A stretch of 64,000 bases of DNA from an uncultured Actinomycetes bacterium. GTDB lineage: Bacteria; Actinomycetota; Thermoleophilia; Gaiellales; JALYLC01. The first letter of the stretch is position 1. Every line of letters begins with the position of its first letter. Positions 60,380 to 64,000 of the stretch are shown piece after piece. The translations under genes were made by a program, and so were the position numbers. The notes under the pieces were generated by a model. The model was not told the DNA's origin. It worked only from the letters and a program-made list of their open reading frames with translations, and ran no database searches. The DNA is taken from contig CAVPLI010000001.1 in assembly GCA_963705965.1 (NCBI GenBank), positions 422,947 through 486,946 of the forward strand, written 5' to 3'.

Positions 60380-61878
60380 TGATGCCCCCCGGCGAAGTGT
60401 GCGATGCGCGCCTCGGTAGCTTCCTCGCGCGTGAGTGACATGACTGCCCGTCCGCGGAACATCACGACGATGCGGTCGCACAGGACCTGCAGCTCGGGGA
60501 TCTCGGACGATGACACCAGAACGCCGAGCCCGCGCTGGGCGGCATCGCCGAGCAGCTTGTAGATCTCGGCCTTCGCGCCGACGTCGACGCCCCGTGTCGG
60601 CTCGTCCAGCATCAGGACCTGCGGCTCGGTGGCGAGCCACTTGCCGAGCACCACCTTCTGCTGGTTGCCGCCGGAGAGCGTCGAGACCGGCACTCCCGGG
60701 GCGTGCGCGCGGATCGCCATGTCCTTGATGAGCGAGCGCACGCGCTCGGTCTCGGCGGCCTTCCGCGGCATGCGATAGCGCGCGGTTCGCGAGCTCGCGG
60801 CCATCATCAGGTTGTCGCGCACGCTCATCTGCTGCACGAGTCCCTGGAGCTTGCGGTCGGCCGGCACGAAGCCGACGCCGGCGGAGATCGCGGCGCGCGG
60901 GCTGCGGAACAGCGCCGCACGGCCGGCGACCTCGACCCGCCCGTGCGCCCGGTGGAGGCCGAAGATCGCCTCGAGCAGCTCGGAGCGCCCCGCGCCGACG
61001 AGCCCCGCGAGCCCCACGACCTCGCCCGGGGCCACGTCGAGCGAGACGTCCTCGAAGCTGCCCGGGAGGCTGAGGCCGCGCACGCGCAGCACGGCCTCGC
61101 CGACGTCGCTCGCGCCGTCGTGCGTCGCGTCGAAGTTCTCGAGCTCGCGGCCGACCATCAGCGCGATCAGCCGCGGGCGGTCGAAGTCGGCGACCATGCC
61201 CCCGCCGACCGAGTGCCCGTCGCGCAGGACGCTGACGCGATCCGCGAGCGCGAACAGCTCGCCCAGGCGGTGCGAGACGAAGATCGTCGCGACGCCCTCG
61301 CCGCGCAGCCGGCGGACGAGCCCGAAGAGCGCCTCGACCTCGTCCTCGGTGAGCGAGCTGGTCGGCTCGTCGAGGATCAGCACGCGTGCGTCGATCGAGA
61401 GCGCGCGGGCGATCTCGACCATCTGCTGCTGGTCGGGCCGGAGCCGGCGCACGGACATGCCCGGATCGAGGTCGAGATCCAGCCGGGCGAGCGCCTCGCG
61501 CGCGCGCCGGCGGGTCGCGCGCCAGTCGATCAGCCGGCCGCGCCGCACCATGCGGTGCCCGAGGAAGATGTTCTCGGCGATCGAGAGATCGGGGGCGAGC
61601 GTCGTCTCCTGCGTGACCGTCGCGATGCCCTGGCGCAGCGCATCCGTCGGGTCGCGGAAGCTCGTCGGACGCCCGCCGAACTCGATCTGGCCGCTGTCGG
61701 GCTGCACCTGGCCCGAGAGGATCTTCAGCAGCGTCGACTTGCCCGAACCGTTCTCGCCGAGCAGTGCGTGGACCTCGCCCGGATAGATCGTCAGGCGGGC
61801 GCCGCGCAGGGCGTGAACGCCACCGTAACGCTTGTGGACGCCCTGGGCGTCGAGGATCGGATCGGAGCTCGAGCTCAC
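60376..61878 (-). CDS. Monosaccharide ABC ATPase (RbsA-like, two ABC domains)
   Basis: GENGSGKST, DEPT, LSGGNQQK, DEPTRGVDVG. Confidence 0.94.
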   Translation of the reverse strand: MSSSSDPILDAQGVHKRYGGVHALRGARLTIYPGEVHALLGENGSGKSTLLKILSGQVQPDSGQIEFGGRPTSFRDPTDALRQGIATVTQETTLAPDLSIAENIFLGHRMVRRGRLIDWRATRRRAREALARLDLDLDPGMSVRRLRPDQQQMVEIARALSIDARVLILDEPTSSLTEDEVEALFGLVRRLRGEGVATIFVSHRLGELFALADRVSVLRDGHSVGGGMVADFDRPRLIALMVGRELENFDATHDGASDVGEAVLRVRGLSLPGSFEDVSLDVAPGEVVGLAGLVGAGRSELLEAIFGLHRAHGRVEVAGRAALFRSPRAAISAGVGFVPADRKLQGLVQQMSVRDNLMMAASSRTARYRMPRKAAETERVRSLIKDMAIRAHAPGVPVSTLSGGNQQKVVLGKWLATEPQVLMLDEPTRGVDVGAKAEIYKLLGDAAQRGLGVLVSSSEIPELQVLCDRIVVMFRGRAVMSLTREEATEARIAHFAGGHQ

Positions 61879-61897
61879 CGCGTCAGACAAGCGTGGC

Positions 61898-61936
61898 GCG
61901 CCCACCCGGGTCCCGAGACGGGTCCCGGGTGGGCGC
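61898..61936 (-). other. Intercistronic hairpin after the binding-protein gene
   Basis: 13-bp stem GCGCCCACCCGGG/CCCGGGTGGGCGC; typical mRNA stabiliser/attenuator position. Confidence 0.6.
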
Positions 61937-61942
61937 ATCGCA

Positions 61943-62977
61943 CTACTTGATCGCCTTGATCTCCGCGTCCCAGCTGGGGATCGAGTTGACGTTCGCCTTC
62001 GTCACGATGCGCGGCGGCAGGATGACGAGCTTGACCTTGCCCATCGTCTTGGTCGCGAGCGCGTAGGCCGCCTTGACGGTCTCGCGGCCGATGCCCGGCG
62101 AGTCGCCCTGCACGGTCGCCGCGAGGCGCCCGTCCTTGACCGCCTGGATGCCGTCGCTCGTGCCGTTCAGGCCGATGACGGTGAGGGTCTTGCCCGACGC
62201 CTTCGCGGCGATGACCGCGCCGACCGCGCTCGGGTCGTTGTAGGCGATCACGGCGTCCATGTCGGCGTAGCGCTGGATCAGCGCGTTGCCGGCCTTCTCG
62301 CCGCCGGTGACGTCGTCGCTCGCGTTGTCCTGCGTGCCGAGGACGGTGAATCCGGCCTTCTCCGCGTAGTAGGTCTCACGCGCGTTCAGGTACTTGAGCG
62401 CCGGCACCGGAGCGCCGATGCCGATCAGGCCGACCTTCGCGCCCGGCTTCGCCTTCAGGAGCGCCTGCACCTGGAGGAAGGCCATGATGTCGCGACCCTG
62501 CCAGACCTGCGCGCTGATGCCGGGCGTCACGGGGTTCTTCGGATTGCCGAAGCCCGAGTCGATCGCCACGACGGGCACGCCGGCCTTCTTGGCCTGGTTC
62601 AGCACGGGGGTCGTCGCCTTCGGGTCGAGCGGGTAGAAGACGATCGCCTTCACCTTCTGGGCGAGCAGCTGCTGCATGTTGCTCACCTGCTTGTCGACCG
62701 AGAGCGCGTCGTCGAGCACGATCAGCTTGCACTTGAGGGCCTTCGCCTGGGCGAGGGCGCCCTTCTGCATGTACTGCAGGCTCTCGTTGGCGGCGAGCGG
62801 GTTCTGGAACCCGATCGTGCACTTGAAGCCGGACTTGACCACCGGCTTCGGGTACGTCGCGGCCGCCTTGCCCTCGAGGCCCTTGTACCCCGGGATCGCG
62901 GCTACCGCGGCGACGGATGCCAGGAGCAGTGCCCCGGTTCCGACCAGCGTCAGCGCGAGCTTGGACTTGTTCCTCAC
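61943..62977 (-). CDS. Monosaccharide ABC solute-binding protein (RbsB-like)
   Basis: AAGGAGG RBS, signal peptide, AGVPVVAID, YNDPSAVGA, ATVQ. Confidence 0.9.
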   Translation of the reverse strand: MRNKSKLALTLVGTGALLLASVAAVAAIPGYKGLEGKAAATYPKPVVKSGFKCTIGFQNPLAANESLQYMQKGALAQAKALKCKLIVLDDALSVDKQVSNMQQLLAQKVKAIVFYPLDPKATTPVLNQAKKAGVPVVAIDSGFGNPKNPVTPGISAQVWQGRDIMAFLQVQALLKAKPGAKVGLIGIGAPVPALKYLNARETYYAEKAGFTVLGTQDNASDDVTGGEKAGNALIQRYADMDAVIAYNDPSAVGAVIAAKASGKTLTVIGLNGTSDGIQAVKDGRLAATVQGDSPGIGRETVKAAYALATKTMGKVKLVILPPRIVTKANVNSIPSWDAEIKAIK

Positions 62978-63201
62978 GTGCCCCTCCTTGGGATGTCTGC
63001 CTCCATCGTCGGAGGTGGGTCTGATCAAATACACAGTCGGCGCGGAATGAGCTATCAGAGCACTCCCCGTGACGAAAAACAAGCCATGCTGCATGACAGC
63101 CGCGAAATCACCTGGAATTGGCGACGGAGCGGCCTCGCCGGGGTTGGCTGTTCAGACGCCGCGGGGCGAGCGGCGGTTAGCCGCGCACCCGCGGAACGCG
63201 C

Positions 63202-63960
63202 ATGACGACGCTGCGGGTGCTGCCGCTCGGCTCGTCCGACGTCGACGAGGGCGCGTTGCTCCTGCCGGGGATCGCGGCCCCCGGACGGCGCGTCGTCACG
63301 CCGGTCTACGCGTACCTCCTGGATGTCCCCGGCGGCGTCGTCCTGGTCGACACGGGGATGAGCCCGGTTCACATCGACGAGCCCGGCGCGGGCTTCGATC
63401 CGGGGTTCGCGCCGCTGCTGACGCCGCAGATGACCGAGGCCGACCGGCTCGAGAACCGCCTCGCGGACGCCGGCCTGCGCCCGGCCGATCTCGCCGGCGT
63501 GATCAACACGCACCTCCACTTCGACCACGCGGGCAACAACGCGCTCTTCGAGGGCGTGCCGATCTACGTCCAGCGCGCGCACTACGAGCAGGCGCTCGGG
63601 CACCCGGCGTACCCCAACGAGACCTGGAACCTCCCGGGCCTGCGCTACGAGCTGCTGGACGGCGAGACGGAGCTGTTCCCCGGCGTCGAGCTCCTGCTCA
63701 CGCCCGGCCACGCACCGGCGCACCAGTCGCTGCTGCTGACGCTCGCGAGCGGGCGGCGCGTGCTGCTGTGCGGCGACGCGATCCTCTCGCAGGCCAACAT
63801 CGACCACGACAACTGGGAGACGCAGGCCGACCCGGTGGAGGCACGACGGAGCGCGCGGCGCCTGATCGAGCTCGCGGCCGAGCACGACGCGCTGATGATC
63901 TTCGGGCACGACCCCGTGCAGATGCACGAGCTGACGTACGCGCCGGGCGCCTACCGCTAG
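63202..63960 (+). CDS. N-acyl homoserine lactonase family metallo-beta-lactamase
   Basis: THLHFDHAG, TPGH, CGDA, FGHD. Confidence 0.9.
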   Translation: MTTLRVLPLGSSDVDEGALLLPGIAAPGRRVVTPVYAYLLDVPGGVVLVDTGMSPVHIDEPGAGFDPGFAPLLTPQMTEADRLENRLADAGLRPADLAGVINTHLHFDHAGNNALFEGVPIYVQRAHYEQALGHPAYPNETWNLPGLRYELLDGETELFPGVELLLTPGHAPAHQSLLLTLASGRRVLLCGDAILSQANIDHDNWETQADPVEARRSARRLIELAAEHDALMIFGHDPVQMHELTYAPGAYR

Positions 63961-64000
63961 CTAGCGCGCGGCGGCGTAGCCGCGCCAGAAGCCGACGGTC
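63961..64000 (-). CDS. 3' end of a convergent gene (partial)
   Basis: ...TVGFWRGYAAAR then TAG at 63961-63963. Confidence 0.35.
   Translation of the reverse strand, partial: TVGFWRGYAAAR

Overview
Very GC-rich bacterial DNA with an actinobacterial gene set, most likely Thermoleophilia/Gaiellales-like (inference). I can support about 58 protein-coding genes. I recognised no rRNA, tRNA, CRISPR array, transposase or integrase. In order, the window holds: a LexA-boxed imuB cassette; a three-gene block (degenerate polysaccharide-deacetylase-like protein, a ~1560-aa repeat-rich coiled-coil protein, a GT-C-like membrane protein), each preceded by a sigma28-like promoter motif; a cobalt-type nitrile hydratase operon; LigB; two amidases plus a DmpA-type peptidase; an uncharacterised GntR/ABC catabolic cluster; sucA, fabF, a PLP decarboxylase, NudK and gltBD; and a second uncharacterised catabolic cluster (OYE-type flavoenzyme, non-canonical alpha/beta hydrolase, sugar ABC transporter, MBL lactonase). 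Fourteen frameshifts in ten genes, including gltB and sucA, look like sequencing indels. The most notable signals are the sigma28-like giant coiled-coil locus, a 33-bp duplication of the nudK 3' end bracketing a TolB-like gene, an alpha/beta hydrolase lacking its nucleophile and catalytic His, Lys-rich solute-binding proteins without a lipobox, tandem REP-like hairpins, and two candidate structured leaders. Many starts were re-picked by eye, and all product calls rest on motif recognition, not database searches.
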